Below, piece by piece: positions 48,231 through 61,988 of a DNA stretch of 64,000 nt. Where the stretch lies: positions 18,979,653 through 19,043,652 of the forward strand of contig NC_134028.1 in NCBI RefSeq assembly GCF_964204645.1, written 5' to 3'. The notes beneath the pieces are model-generated. The model was not told the origin of the DNA. It worked only from the letters and a program-made list of their open reading frames with translations, and searched no databases. Position 1 is the first letter of the stretch. Each line of letters opens with the position of its first letter. This stretch comes from Tubulanus polymorphus. Taxonomy: Eukaryota > Animalia > Nemertea. Position numbers and translations under genes: made by a program.

Positions 48231-50072
48231 TTTCATTTTTCGAACATACACTTATATGACCCATGCAAACGATAAAGCAAGATCAGTTTCAAAATATTTC
48301 ATGTGTGGGCCAAAATTTGGGCCTTATCATATATGATAATTTGGGCATCTATATGTAAAAATCCTTAAAAATTATCAAAACTTAAACACATTTCAAACTT
48401 ACAGATAAAACTTTATTGTTATCAAAAAAGGTTCTGGTATCATTCAAATAAAATTACAAACAGAATATGGCTGTTCAGTGTCCTACAGTAATGACCATTT
48501 TCAGGTCTGAGCATACTATATATATGGTACGAATTACATGTTACACAATCAATATTATCATTTATGCCATGCCAAAAAACAGTTCCTCTGCTTATTTAAG
48601 CATAGTATGCATTACATTTGATGCATTTGATATAAGGTAGGGTACCATTTTGGCAATTACAACACCACATACGTTTTAGGTCCCATGAGGGAAATGGTCA
48701 AACTTGGTCCTTCGAACTTCATCGGACACTAGTGCTGTGGCTACCTTGCATCTCTTTTGCTGAAACAGAATCTCTGCGTCTTCGTGTGATGGTCTGCCTA
48801 CACGACCAACCGGTTTTCCAGACTTACAGAGTCCCTGTGCAACCTCGGCCTGAAATCGCCTCAGAGGGAGATGTTTTTTTTTGGAATATCATTTTCGTTT
48901 TGCACTCTTCTGTACAGAAGCCAAGCATTCACTAATGCTGGTTTTACTGTGTGCCAAAATACACATAAATACCATTGTCTGGACCTAATAGATGCTTTAT
49001 TTTAGACCTTACCATTTTTTATGCTGTATCGGTTTGTTTCATCGACAAGCAGATCTAACATGTCGTCATCGATGAAATTCCGAAAGTAGTCAACAGGCAA
49101 ATTGGTTTCAGGATCGATATCAGAGACAGTATCGCCTCGAATTGGTATATTTTGAGGTGGAATAAATGGAACCCATTTATAGTCCTGTTTTCTCGTTAGA
49201 TTGTCATTTGCAAAAAGGTCAGCCAACGGTATGTCATCGTCGCTATCAAATCCATCGTCATTATTATCATCTGAACGGTGGCCATCTGACGTATTTACAT
49301 CGCCGTCGCTATCCGGAACATCATCATCATCGGATTGTTCTAAACCTTCCAATTCACTCTGATTTCCATCATCCAACATATCAATGACATCCTCAACATT
49401 CAGCCTAGTGGGCCCACGGCTAGTTCGACTAGACATTGCCATTACATTCGGTAGTAGTTGGACGACAAAATACCTGAAAATAAAGATAAGGAAGCAATTT
49501 TTATTATTTGCAAAGAAATTAGGATGTATGTGGCATGGTCAAGAAGTTGAACACTGCCAGACTATGGCCGATGTTATGTTGGGGCATTCAATTACAAACC
49601 CTGACGAACTCCATTATGACAGTAGCCACTGGTAGCATCAAAGAGACAAAGTACAGTCCTTCCAGTGACAACCGAACTTCACTTATAGATGCCCAACCTA
49701 TCATATATGATGAGTGAATTTTGACCAGGCCCATTGGATTTTCAGAATAAATAATGCTACATTTATTAGCTCCACATATTGTAGTAACAACTGAATACTA
49801 TTATATTAGCATATCTTTTCAATTAAAGTTGATTTTTAAAAGAAATTACTTACCTTACCTCAAACGTATATCCAAATTTTCATGGGGGCTGCCATCTTGG
49901 TACTACTAGCGCCGATGAAAATTTTGAGCTATCTTCACAGAAATCTGTCAGAAGGCGTATGATACCTATCAGAAATGATTGTTTGAGCATTTGGGGTTGT
50001 ATTTCTAATTAGGTGGCATTTGGGGGGTCCTAAAGTGGGCTTATCATATATGATAGCCTGGGCGGCGTAGGG
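48231..50072 (-). mobile_element. Internally deleted piggyBac transposon
   Basis: TTAA|CCC terminus at 50076-50070. Palindrome TATCATATATGATA near both ends. Acidic N-terminus plus PVDYFRNF...LVDETNRYS (49442-49002). Cys-rich C-terminal remnant at ~48570-48670. Confidence 0.8.
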
Positions 50073-51439
50073 TTAAACCTAAGCAACAAAATTCACCAGT
50101 AGGAAACCAGCACGAAGAATATTGTATGCTTAACAACTTTCACTCAATGAAATCTACTATCACGTAACAACTTTCACTCAATGAAATCTACTATCACTTA
50201 ACTACTTGCACTCAATGAAATCTACTATCACGTAACAACTGTCACTCAATGAAATCTAACATCACGTAACAACTTTTACTCAATGAAATCTAATATCACG
50301 TTACAACTTTCACTCGATGAAATCTACTATCACTTAACAACTTTCACTCAATGAAATCTACTATCACGTAACAACTTTCACTCAATGAAATCTACTGTTA
50401 CCGGGATAAAGATCGACTGACTGCAAGACTGAATTCTGTTTCTTAACTGACTTTGTTTTACTCACACACACTATATAATATAAGCTATACATTGCTACGT
50501 CACTACTCGTGCACTACCCCCTATCCCAACTACCAATCAACTTTAACTCATTATAATTACCCCCAATCAATCATCTTTATGATAACCACCCCCCGCCAAC
50601 AAAAAAATAATTTGTCCCCACAAATTACCATACAATATTATAAGCATTCATATCAATCTACAAAACGATACACTAAAATGAACACAACATCATTAACCAA
50701 TACGAGGAAAAGAAAACAGATACATATAGATTATCATAAGTTCACCACTGTCCGCGTATCATGTTCGCGGAGGAAAAAACTACCACCAACGTTCGCAAAC
50801 ACGTCATCAATCGCGAGACCGTCAAATACACTGAACATCAACACCGTCCATCGCGTTCCACATGAATATCACTGAACGTTAGAATCATACACGAAAATGA
50901 ATACATATATTAAACACACAAAGTTAAAGATATTTGAATTAAACCATTTGCAGCAGGGTACCCAAGGCACTTATCCCCTAAATAAGAACAATAATTAATT
51001 AACCCCACCATTTGATGCCATCATACCTGGATTGAATCATAATGAACAGAAATAAGTTTAAGCTGACTCACTCCAAATCCTACTTGGAACCCTATAAACA
51101 TCTCACACCTGTAGATCAATTAAGATCCCGACTAGAAGAAACAACAGTCAGCAAAGATAAATAAAATTCCCGCACTAATGAACAGCCAGTTTCATATTTC
51201 AACCTCCCTGTTTTCATAACTGTGTATTACCGGTAACTAACACCTGGCCAGAACTCGCTTAATGACTGTTTTCTAATTAACGCAAATATAAGATTCCTAA
51301 CATTCCCCACACCTTTAACGCAGATAAATTAAAACTTTCACTAATTACCAGCCAAAGTTGCCCGCGCTAACGAACGCTTGTGTGTAATTAATCTCTGCGG
51401 TAAGCAACTGCCCAGTAAAGTTCAAAATACAGTTCATAA

Positions 51440-54400
51440 TTACCTTCTATGTCTATACTTTTTTAACTTTCCCTGCATATTCCTAGCTATATGAAATCCA
51501 CGCCTCAAGGATTCAGGTATATTTTCAGCTGGTTCTGTAGTCCTACTACCATCCTCCCATAAAATTTTATACATTCGTTTACCCCCAATGCTTTTACAAC
51601 TTTCAATCTTTTTAACTATATAAAATTCTGACCCACTAGTCGATTTCTCTTTTATCTTATCATCCGCCTGCTGATAATAACTGTCCTTTGAATCTAAAAA
51701 CATTTTTATTCTATTTGCATGGGTCAAACTTTTTAGGATTTTATCAGAATCGCAGTATCGTAACTCGTACGTATGATTTGGCCCCAAAGCAGAAATATAA
51801 AACGGACCAACATATTTTTGTGAAAGCTTCTTTGACAACCCAACCTTCACTTTCTCGTTCTTTACCAAAACCTTATCGCCGACATTAAACTTTGGCTCAC
51901 CCGTGTTACGGCTGTCATACTTGCGTTTTATCTCAGTCTGAGCGCCCTTTAAGTTCTCGGACGCTATATCTTGAAACACCTTTATACGCGATTGCATATC
52001 AGCGATGTAATGCTGTACGTCCCTTATATTGCTTTTTACAAATTCAAAAAGAGAGTCCACGGGTACTCTCATCTCTTCCCCAAACATTAGGCAAAATGGC
52101 GAAAACCCATGGGCCTGGTTAGCCGGCGCCACCCTATAAGCCATCATAACGCCTGGCAACAAACTGGACCAATTACTCTGTTCTTTATTAATGTACATAC
52201 GCAGAGTTTGTTCGATGACAGAGTTCTGTCGTTCACAGGTGGAATTTGTTGCGGGGTGATAACTTGAAGTATAAATGCGTTTGACATCAAAGATTTTCGA
52301 GATAGTTTGTATCAATTTTGATCTAAAGTTTTGAGCCCTATCTGTTAGAATTGATGTAGGGCAGCCATAACGAGTAAAAATCTCTTTATATAGAACATCA
52401 GCCACCTCCTCTGCTGATTGTGATCTTAACGGAAAAGCCTCAGGAAACCGAGTAAAACTCTCAGTTACTAGAAGAATATATTTGTATCCATCACTCTCTG
52501 GCAAAGGCCCTAAAATGTCCATGTGCCACCTTTGAAATCGTGGCACTATGGGTAGAGGGTGCAATGGGGCATTTTTCTTATGAAAGTCGCGTTTGTTGAT
52601 TTGACATGGTGTACACCTTTTCACGTAATCATTTATGTCCGAATACATCCCCGGCCAAAAATATTTCTCGCGAATTGAGGAATATGTCCTATCAAAACCT
52701 TTGTGACCACCCCCTAATAGACAGTTGTGATAAGCGGCTAAAATTTCACCTCTGTGACATTCCGGAACCGCTAATTGCTTAATTAATGTCTTCGTTTTCT
52801 TCGATCGTGGCTGATACAAATGGTATAACAGCTCAGTATTAGAATCGACAATAAACTGTTCCGCGGCGAAGGTGATCTTTCTAGCCGTTTTATTACAGGC
52901 GGGTAAATTCCCTGACAACAAAAAGTCCACCATGTCGTGGAAGTCCTTACTTTTTGCTTGAGCCTCTCGAAGTTTCCCCAAATCGCCCTCAAAACTGATC
53001 TCGCTATTTTCTACCTCACTTATGCAGACGTCAAGCTGCCTGGCTTGACTAGGTACGTCAGGTGAAGCGTACTCGAGGTTTATTTCAAAAACAGGCATTG
53101 TATTAACTGAGTTTTCGTGGTTTGTAACAGGCAGCACGTCTAAAATGTCTGTCTCGTCCTCACTGTCATTGCTGTCACCGCTGTCACCGCCCCCGTACGT
53201 CCGTCTGGACAAACAATCAGCCCCAACATTGTCTTTTCCTGGGCGATACTTAATCGTGTATTGAAAATTTCCTAAGAAAATCCCCCATCTAAGAAGCCTA
53301 TCACTAGATAGCTTATTCGAATTTATGTATTCAAGTGCTTTGTGATCTGTCACTATCTCAAACGGGTTTGTCGACAAATAATGTTTAAATGTTCTTACCC
53401 CTTCGACTACTGCTAGACCCTCCAAATCAGTAATTCCGTAGTTTCTGTCATGTTTACGCAGAGCTCTACCCCCATAAGCGATGACTTTCTCTCCCTCAGG
53501 CCGATCTTGACTTAGAATATACCCAATCGCGTATCCACTTGCATCAGTCGTGACGCGGAATGGTTTGCTCATATCTGGATAACCTAAGATCGGTGGGCTA
53601 ACTAAACTACTTTTAAGCGATAAAAATGCCTGATCCTCGTCCTTACCCCATTGGAAATCTACGTCATTCTTCAACAATTCATACAAACAATGCGAAACCT
53701 TACTATAGCCTTTTATAAACTTACGGTAATACGTACACTTCCCTAAAAATGATCTTAATTCCTTTTTAGTTTTTGGAGGTGGAAACGATAATATCGCTTT
53801 AGTATTCTTCGGACTTACAGCTACGCCCTCGCGATGAAAGATATGCCCCAAAAACTCAACGGATTTAGCCCCAAAACAACATTTTGACGGTTTGAGTGTA
53901 AGACCCGATGCCCTTAATCTATCAAAAACTGCCTGTAGATGTTCTAAATGAAGGTCAAATGTCTCCGACATAATCAGCAGGTCATCAATGTAACATAACA
54001 CATATTTCCAATTTAAACCTCGTAAAACATTCGCCATGACATTCTGATACGAAATAGCAGCATTCTTCAAACCAAAAGGTAAACGACGCCATTGAAATAC
54101 ACCCTGGTGCGTTACAAACCCCGTTTTACACCTAGACTCGGGTGAAGTGGTACCTGCCAAAACCCACATCTCAAATCGCATGAACTAAAAAATGACCCCT
54201 TATTATCACCAACTAAATCGACAACTTCTTCTAATAACGGTAGTGGGTGACTCATAGGTTTGGTGACGTTATTCAATTTTCTATAATCAACACAAAAACG
54301 CCAGGAATCGTCTTTCTTTTTGACGAGTACCACAGGACTCTGCCACGCCGTGGTGGATGGTTCACACAAGTTGTTATCTAACAATTCCTGTGTCAGCTCT

Positions 54401-55437
54401 TCGACGACCTTTTTTTTGTCCGGAGGGTACCTATAGGCCCGAGATCGTACGGGCTGTGCGTCCCCAGTGTCAATAAAATGAGGATAGGACTTTGCCTCCC
54501 CTAATTCCGACATGCTGGTGCTAAAAACATCCCTATTCTTACCCAATAACTGATATAATTGTTTTACTTGAGACGCCGATAATTCAGGATTATCTATCTT
54601 AACACCGAGACTGCGCCCAATTGACTCAAATTCGTCCAAAGCTGTCGGACTATTACCTTCGGGGGCTACCGCGTCCATCGCCGACTCGTCAAATTTAGAC
54701 ACTGTATCGACAGAAAATATTTTGCCCACGGCTGTATTTCGGGGAACTTCGATAAAGTGTTCACCCGGATTTATAAATCTTGCCACTAAGTTATTCTGAT
54801 CCAGAGATAAAACTACCGAGGCACCCTGTAGTCCATACTTATTGGTGAAACTAGTCAATGGAGACATCATACCCTGGCCTATTTTGTATGACCGTGAAAC
54901 TCTTACGGGAAATACGTATTCGGACTTTGGCGGAACCGTTAGATGATATTTTGTTCGCGCTAACCCAATGTGAGCAGGCAGAATCAGTCCAACTGTATAT
55001 TTGGAATTTCGTAAATACAATAACTGTTTACCAAAACAAATTGTTGCTTGACTCGACTTAAAGAAAGGCATACCCAGGATAATTTGACGAGGCAGACATT
55101 GAAACACATAAAATGTTTGCCGAACTACGCATGGACCAAAATCTAGATCTAAGTCAATAGCTCCTAAAACAGGAACTCTTTCGCCCGATACACCTAGAAT
55201 AAATTTAACGTTTGAATTATCATATGCTGGAATTCTATTAAAGGCTGATTTTAAAGCAGATTGAGTGATACAGCAAACTTGCGCCCCGGAATCTAACAAC
55301 GACGTAAACTGCCGCCCGTTAATTTTTACCCCCACCAAGTTATCGTCCACCGGCACTCCGTCTATAGACGAGCCAATAGCCATATTCTTTTGCCTACCCA
55401 GAGAAATTTCCTTTAAGCCCTCCCTCTGGACAGGCAC
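51440..55437 (-). pseudogene. Gypsy pol (PR, RT, RNase H, IN, chromodomain-like tail), frameshift near 54135
   Basis: Motifs LLDSGA, WRFCVDYR, YIDD, TDAS, TDH, DILGP, TDRAQNF, GPF and a YIVKKIES...YKILWED...TTEPAENI tail. Confidence 0.9.
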
Positions 55438-55449
55438 GCCCCCCTATTC

Positions 55450-56339
55450 GTACTGCGAGCGCTTAGCCCTACGACAAACCCTGGCCAAATGACCCAACTC
55501 CCCACATTCGTAACATTTATACCCCTTTTTTGGGCAATCCCTGAGCAAATGATTTAACTCACCACATCCGTAACAAGCTCTTTCAATTTAAGTCTCTGCC
55601 GGTTTCCCTCGTCCGCGAGTACACACTTGAGTCTCTGCCATTTGTTGGCCGTGTCCGCATTCTTCCCTCGCCACTGCCCCAGCTTCCAGACCGCCGCCGC
55701 CTACCAACGTCATTGGGCGTCCGTCTTGATGGTGATCTATGTAGCCGTTCATTGCCGCGATCGTCCCGCTGGCTCATCGCCACCATGACCTGCTTGAAAT
55801 CTTCTACCAGTTGCCCAACCTGCGCAGACAAATCATCGAGTTTTCGCTCTTGATCCATGGCAAACGACACTGAAGGGCTATTTGTGCCAAATGCGGCCTC
55901 CGATAACGCCGCTTTCGACTTAAGCTCCTCCATTGATTTAGGAGCCGCCTGCAACACAAACCCTTTTATGTTCGGCCGCAGGCCATTTACCACCGCCTGT
56001 AACACTTGTTTGTCGGGTAATTCAGCCTGTTTCGCTAATTTCTCTACCCGCGCGACATAGTCTAAAACGGCCTCCGATGGCCGCTGAACCTGCGTGAATA
56101 CGTTTGCCACGTCGGTATAACTGCGTAGAGGCGACACAAACCTCTGCTCGAATGCGGTTCGCATCCGCCAGCCCCTGGAACCACTCCAGCGGGCTCTCCC
56201 CCAACAACAGCGGGAAAGCTGCCATGGACTGTTCGTTTGTCAGGCTCTTCAACGTGACAAAATATTGGAACCGGTCGAACCAAGTCCTCGGACACCGCCC
56301 GGTCCCATGAAAAATCTCCGGAGTAATATTAATGTTCAT
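55450..56339 (-). pseudogene. Gypsy gag with two zinc knuckles, frameshifted
   Basis: Motifs PEIFHG, QRPSEAVLDYV, VNGLRPNIK, CYGCGELNHLLRDC and CYECGELGHLARVC. Frame breaks near 56165 and 55583. Confidence 0.85.
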
Positions 56340-56954
56340 CTTAGCCGTTTCCTTCTGCACCTTCGAGCGTGTACAGCCAGCTGGACCAACGTTCATTGAG
56401 CCAGGTTCTCCACCAATTGTTACCGGGATAAAGATCGACTGACTGCAAGACTGAATTCTGTTTCTTAACTGACTTTATTTTACTCACACACACTATATAA
56501 TATAAGCTATACATTGCTACGTCACTACTCGTGCACTACCCCCTATCCCAACTACCAATCAACTTTAACTCATTATAATTACCCCCAATCAATCATTTTT
56601 ATGATACTACTATCACTTAACTACTTTCAATCATTGAAATCTACTATCACTTAACTACTTTCACTCAACGAAATCTACTATCACATAACTACTATACGGT
56701 AAAAAAGGAAAAGACTTAGAGTGACCAACTTTTATTTCTTGTTTTTCTTAAGAGAATTGGTACACTTCAAAAAAGTCACAGAGAAAGCACCCTTCCCATG
56801 TTTTTATTCCCAGGTACTCACTCCACAGCTTTCGCAAAGCAAAATGTCAGGATTTTACATGTTCGGGTTACAGGAAAGACGAAACCATTTCGGTTCATCA
56901 GTCAAACCAACACATTTCCAGTGAAACCATTGGTCATATGTATTGCACCCAATT

Positions 56955-57905
56955 GAACTTTATTAATCAACTGTGCATGCATACATAAACTTTTAGTACA
57001 GTACAGATACTCTAGGTGTCGTTGCAATGTGCAATCTGACACCTGTAGCAAACTACAAAACTCTGGTCACGGTTTCTATTAAACACCGGATTGCGCATTT
57101 TCTTAATGCTGTCAGCTTCACGCAAATTCTGGGTTGCTTTCTCGGTTTCTTCATAGCTTCTCAGAGCTTGTTTGAAATCGGGGACTCTTATGCATTTTCG
57201 TTTTGAGTCATTACAACTTCAAAGGGCTTATACGATACCGGTAACCCTTTTAATACCATTGCTATTAACAAACTGTACGATATATTCTCATCAGCTTCCT
57301 ACAGGGCTGTGGCTGCTTTTTCGGTCCTAACGACATAGTCAGTTGTTGACTCTGAGTTCGTTTTTAAAAAGGCGTAAGTTCCGTGTAAAGGCAAATAATT
57401 CTCAGTTTTCCCTTACCTTTGTAATGCTGACATAAGATATCCATAGTCTTTTGGCCATTGTCCTTTCATCCCGGATTACTAGCGATAAACTCTTGTCGTC
57501 TAAGTATTGTATTATCTCGGTAAATGCCTCTTCATTTTTATCATCATTCACGATTTTTCCTTCAACGACGTCTTTCAAGTTTTGTAACTTGAGATAACCA
57601 TGGACTCTAAAAACGAAGAGTTTTAGAGCCCATAACCCAGATAACCCATTATTTCTCAAAATCTCTTTCTTCTCCATTAAAACAAAGTCTTGCATATCGA
57701 CCTGGGCCCATAACCTTTTGACGGTACTGTATTAGATGAATGAGCCTGGGTCACTGACTGACTTTGATTAGCCATTTCTGATTCTCAGCAGAGGATAAAC
57801 AATAACAACGTATCTTCTATGAACACTAATGAATAACTTACTTTATTAATCAACTGTGGATGCATACATAAACTTTTAGTGCAGTACAGATACTCTAGGT
57901 GTCGT
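56955..57905 (-). mobile_element. Ty1/Copia (GalEa-like) remnant: gag fragment between two LTR fragments
   Basis: Copia-type PBS GGTTATGGGCCCAGG at 57715-57701. Gag motifs KNEEAFTEIIQYLDDKSLSLVIRD and LIAMVIKGLP. A ~65-bp direct repeat at 56958-57022 and 57841-57905. Confidence 0.75.
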
Positions 57906-57919
57906 ACTAATTTAGTGTG

Positions 57920-59760
57920 CTATGCAGTAAGTTCACATTCTAACACTGCCCGAGATGGATAATCGTTGACTCCACTTTCAATTTTATGCGACAAGTAAGA
58001 TGACGTCAGTTCATCAACACTGTTTATTTTCTTGTTGTGAGCCTTTAAGACAAGAAGATGTTTGCAGAAGTAAGGTTGCCCATTCATAATGAATGCTTCG
58101 CAGCTACAAATACCAAGTTGAAGATTAACTATATGAGAATTATCTCCTATTTTACTCTTGTATTGCATCCGGAACCAAGGTGAATCAATAATTAAAATAA
58201 AGTCTCACAGCAAGTGAAAATAAAGTCTCGCAGCAAGTGAATCTAAGTCTCCAACATAACTGCGACATTTACTGATTATATCATGACTGTGTTCACTGAT
58301 TGAAATCGCAAGAGGAGAGAAACTGTCTACTTATAGGTGTACTTGATGGTAATCTATCTTCTAACATTTGAAGGTCATTATCATTAGTGGCTCTTTCAAA
58401 TAATTGATCAGACAGTGGCTGATTTGAAAGATCTTCAGACCATTTATTTCTATTCAACTTTCTACTTTCTACGAGGACTTTAAAAAACACCCAAACCATC
58501 TCCATCAACCAAAAATCCACCCTTTTACAATTCATGTACTCTATCACAGGTTTCTCGCACTAAAGTCTTCTTTCGGATAGTTTGAAACTTCTCCGAAGAT
58601 TTTTGGTAATTAAAATTGGCCGCCTTTAAATCATCATCAAATACATAATGGAGAATTTTTACTACAAAAATTGATATCAAACGGTTGAGATGATTGCTGA
58701 AGTATGTCGAATCTATATCTTTGAATTTTCGTTCAGTAACTTTGTCTGTCATGAGAAGGAGATTGTGACGTTCAGTAGCTATAGTACGATATATTGGCTA
58801 AGTATTTCTGACCATGTTTTGGATGAAAACCAATTTGTCTCAAGAAAATTTATCAAATTTTTCATTGAGTCATCACTAAATAAATTTGCAGGGATATTAT
58901 TCTTTATAAAATTAAGAAATTCTTTAGCAAGGAAACTGCGTGAAGGTTCATCCCATGAGCGCATAACACATTTAAATCCAGTCTCCAATGGCCTCATAAG
59001 CAATTTCCAGAGATGAGAATTCCCCATTATTGAAAAATATCATTTTTCCAAATAGTCCAATAATGATGTAAAAGTATAGGGGGGGGGGGGGTGATGATAG
59101 TCTCAGCCACTCAGCTGGTCCGGCGCGATTGGTAACCGGGTGAACCATAAAATCGTTCAGCACCTGTTTTACTTATCGTCGCGTATTGCATTTCAATGCG
59201 TATTTATTGCAACACTGATTTTGTATCTACTACGATGTGTACGTATTTTATCATTGTTGCAGAGACACGCGCATGGCAACAGTAGTAATGTATATAGGCC
59301 TAGTGCCGCGCGCATACATAGCGAACGACTTCAGATATTATAAACTGTGTGATGATTTTTAGTGAGCATTCATCGGCGCATTTTAACTGCAATAATTCAG
59401 GGCTTGACCCGTAATGCATGAGATGCTGATTGTTATAGAATGAGGATGTGCCACATTGGAAATAGCCATTACCTTCCCAAATATAATAGTCGTTCATGGG
59501 TTCAAGATTGCTCTAAGTGCTCGGAAAACGCTTTTAATTTCTAAAATTTTCGCGGGCCATGTGCTCGTACCGGAAGTAAACAAACCGGCGAAATCGGCTC
59601 AACTAATGAACTACAGCTCGTGTCGCCTAATAACGATGAAATTCGTAGATACTTTCACCGAGTCAAGACTTTATAATCCTCTTTCAAACGGTATCGTACA
59701 TGATAGCTTTCGATAATTATTTCATGTGTAAAAGGCGAGATAAATACGGCGGCGGTACTA
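57920..59760 (-). pseudogene. Fragmented reading frame with a SWIM zinc finger, probable MULE-type transposase remnant
   Basis: CSC...CKH motif in 57920-58168 and adjacent same-strand ORF fragments. Family assignment is weak. Confidence 0.4.
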
Positions 59761-59939
59761 TTTACTACCGGGAACAATTTCGGGGCTAAGGAGCCGTGGG
59801 TTATCGACGGCACTGGAGTAAGGGGAAAGGTATCTTCTGCAAGGTCACTAATAAACAAGGGGATGGAGGTATCTGTCTTGAGAAATGAAATTTTGTTACA
59901 CACCCCCCTGCCAGACCGAACAAGGTCGAACAATATAGC

Positions 59940-60595
59940 AAAAAAATTGCAGTATGTTATGTGGGCGTAGTGTGCATATTACAAGGATAGAACGTCTTTG
60001 GCGCGATGTTAATGAAATGGTAATCTCACAGTACAAAGATAGGTTTTTATATCTGGAAGAAGAAGGCTATATGTATCCGGACAATGAAGTTCATCTATAC
60101 TGTCTACATAGAGTATTTTTGCCATGCATAAACCAGTCACTAAGACAGTTTGTGTCTATGTGGAACAATCACAAAATCCGTACAGTTCAGAACCACTCAC
60201 CTATGTAGTTATTCATCAGTGGATTACAAAATATTACACGAGATTCGTTTAACCACATTAGCAATGAGTTCTTTGGTGGAAATATAGACACAGTAAGTAA
60301 CAGAAATAAGTAATAGACATATCATCCATTTATTTTGTAAAAAATATGAAAATATCAAATACATGAGGTCAATAATCAAATTATGATATCTATGTTGCCA
60401 GAGTGATCTATCAACCTATGGAACAGATCCAGAAGCTCCACTTCCTGACAATCGATCTTTATACCAGAAATTCCGAATCCGTTATCTGCAGAACTACACG
60501 AAGTACTCGAACAATTGATAGATGCACTTGAGGACTCTGATGATGACCAGAGTGGTGTAACCCAATATTGCCATATCTTACAACATTTACTTTGA
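59940..60595 (+). pseudogene. C-terminal part of an IS3EU-like DDE integrase-core protein
   Basis: GRSVHITRIERLWRDV...LHRVFLP...WNNHKIRT, followed by an apparent intron (GTAAGT at 60293) and a YGTDPEAP exon with stops. Confidence 0.7.
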
Positions 60596-60830
60596 AAATA
60601 CAGCAATGAATAAATGCTTTAAAGACTAAACATGTAACTCTTAATATTTCAACTTGGGGTCCAGGGACGCCATGTCCACTTAGGAAGCCGTCTGAAATGC
60701 TTGTATATATACACAGGGCTATAAGCTATAATTATAATGTCTCGATAAAATGTGTTAAAAATATAAAATGCAGTAGGTCCAATCCGATTTTAATCCGATT
60801 ATAGTTAAGACTCAAAGATACTTCGAAAGT

Positions 60831-61600
60831 TTAGTTCAAGCCAAAATAGCTATTGCAGAATGCATAGTCAAAAAGATTAAAGGAATTTCTATCCTCTATT
60901 GAAAGGTTCTTTGGAAGGGTAAGCTGGTTTATGCACGTTTGACTCTGTGGTATTGAAACATCCCCGAATACAACACTGGGATGAATGCCATATCCAAGAA
61001 GAGGCTCGTTTTCCATTTCAGTTACAAACTGCAACACATCTTCTAACCTTAAAATTTTCCCAGGTTTTCTCCTTCCAGCTATAAATAAAGGCACAATTTT
61101 GGTGATCTGCTCTAAAATTAGGCTGCGGTAGTTGAACACTCAAAATGATTACACACGTACATGTAGAGTGAACCCCCCGATATACTGCCCTCCCAACACC
61201 ACCCCCGCAGGTTTTTTCAATGTACATTTCAATAAGAATACATATAGTAAAACACCCCCGATATACCGCCATACTCTCTACCTCCAAAATCGTTCTGCAC
61301 CGATGTGGGTGGTATATCGAGGGTTGACTGTACATGTAATGATATCTGTGTCAAATGTGTATATTTGTATAGTACCGGTATGTGTACATAATTTTGAAGA
61401 ACAAACTAGGTGTAGAAAATATGCCATAATCATGTACCTACCCGACACTTCCTTTAGGTAGTTACAAAATATTTTCTAACTTTGCTCTTCTGCTAGTCTC
61501 GAATTGGAGCCGACTTCACTGAAGGCAGGCTTCAAGAGGGTAAGAAGTTTCTTGAATTTCATTGGTCCAACCGATTTCATGTAGAATAGATGTTTGAGGA
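60831..61600 (-). pseudogene. G2E3-like HECT domain C-terminal remnant, two exons
   Basis: LKPAFSEVGSN (~61540-61500) and LEDVLQFVT...SQTCINQLTLP...FDYAFCNSYFG. GT at 61437 and AG near 61080. Confidence 0.6.
61163..61332. mobile_element. Small pogo/Tigger-like MITE
   Basis: TAGAGTGAACCCCCCGATATAC ... GTATATCGAGGGTTGACTGTA, with TA flanks. Confidence 0.6.
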
Positions 61601-61988
61601 TGGGTCGTTTAACCTTCTAGAGCCCAACCATACTTCCGGTAGACAAAAAAAAAATCATCCATTGCTGTACATGTCCATTTGTGATAGTATAACAGTCTCC
61701 TGAGGTGAGTTTGAAATTTCCGAAAATTTGGCCCACTTTTTGGCAATGTTGCAATATTACAACATCAGGTCTTAAGGTTACCAGATTATAAAAACATGAC
61801 TTAGATGTAAAGCCTCAATATCCAAGATAAATCAACACAAGGTGTCCAAATAACATATCATACATTCTATTTTTTATTCAATCGTTTAATTTTCAGTATT
61901 CAACATCATCAGAAATTCATTTTCAGGTACTACATACAGTGACTGAAAAATTTTTAAAAATTTTTTTATGGTTACAAATCACCATGTT

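Larger units (their letters stand above)
50396..56606 (-). mobile_element. Full-length Ty3/Gypsy element with 189-bp TA...CA LTRs
   Basis: LTRs at 50396-50584 and 56418-56606 (two differences seen). TSD CTAC. PBS TGGTGGAGAA (tRNA-Ala type) at 56415-56406. PPT GGGGGGTGG next to 50585. Confidence 0.95.
50130..56695. repeat. 34-bp minisatellite (CAACTTTCACTCAATGAAATCTACTATCACGTAA) split by a Gypsy insertion
   Basis: About eight units at 50130-50395, resuming in register at 56607-56695. Confidence 0.9.

Noticed and set aside
50453-50875. 140-aa ORF as a possible env or accessory gene
   Set aside because: It is antisense to the element, overlaps the LTR and is compositionally biased, with no signal peptide or TM pattern.
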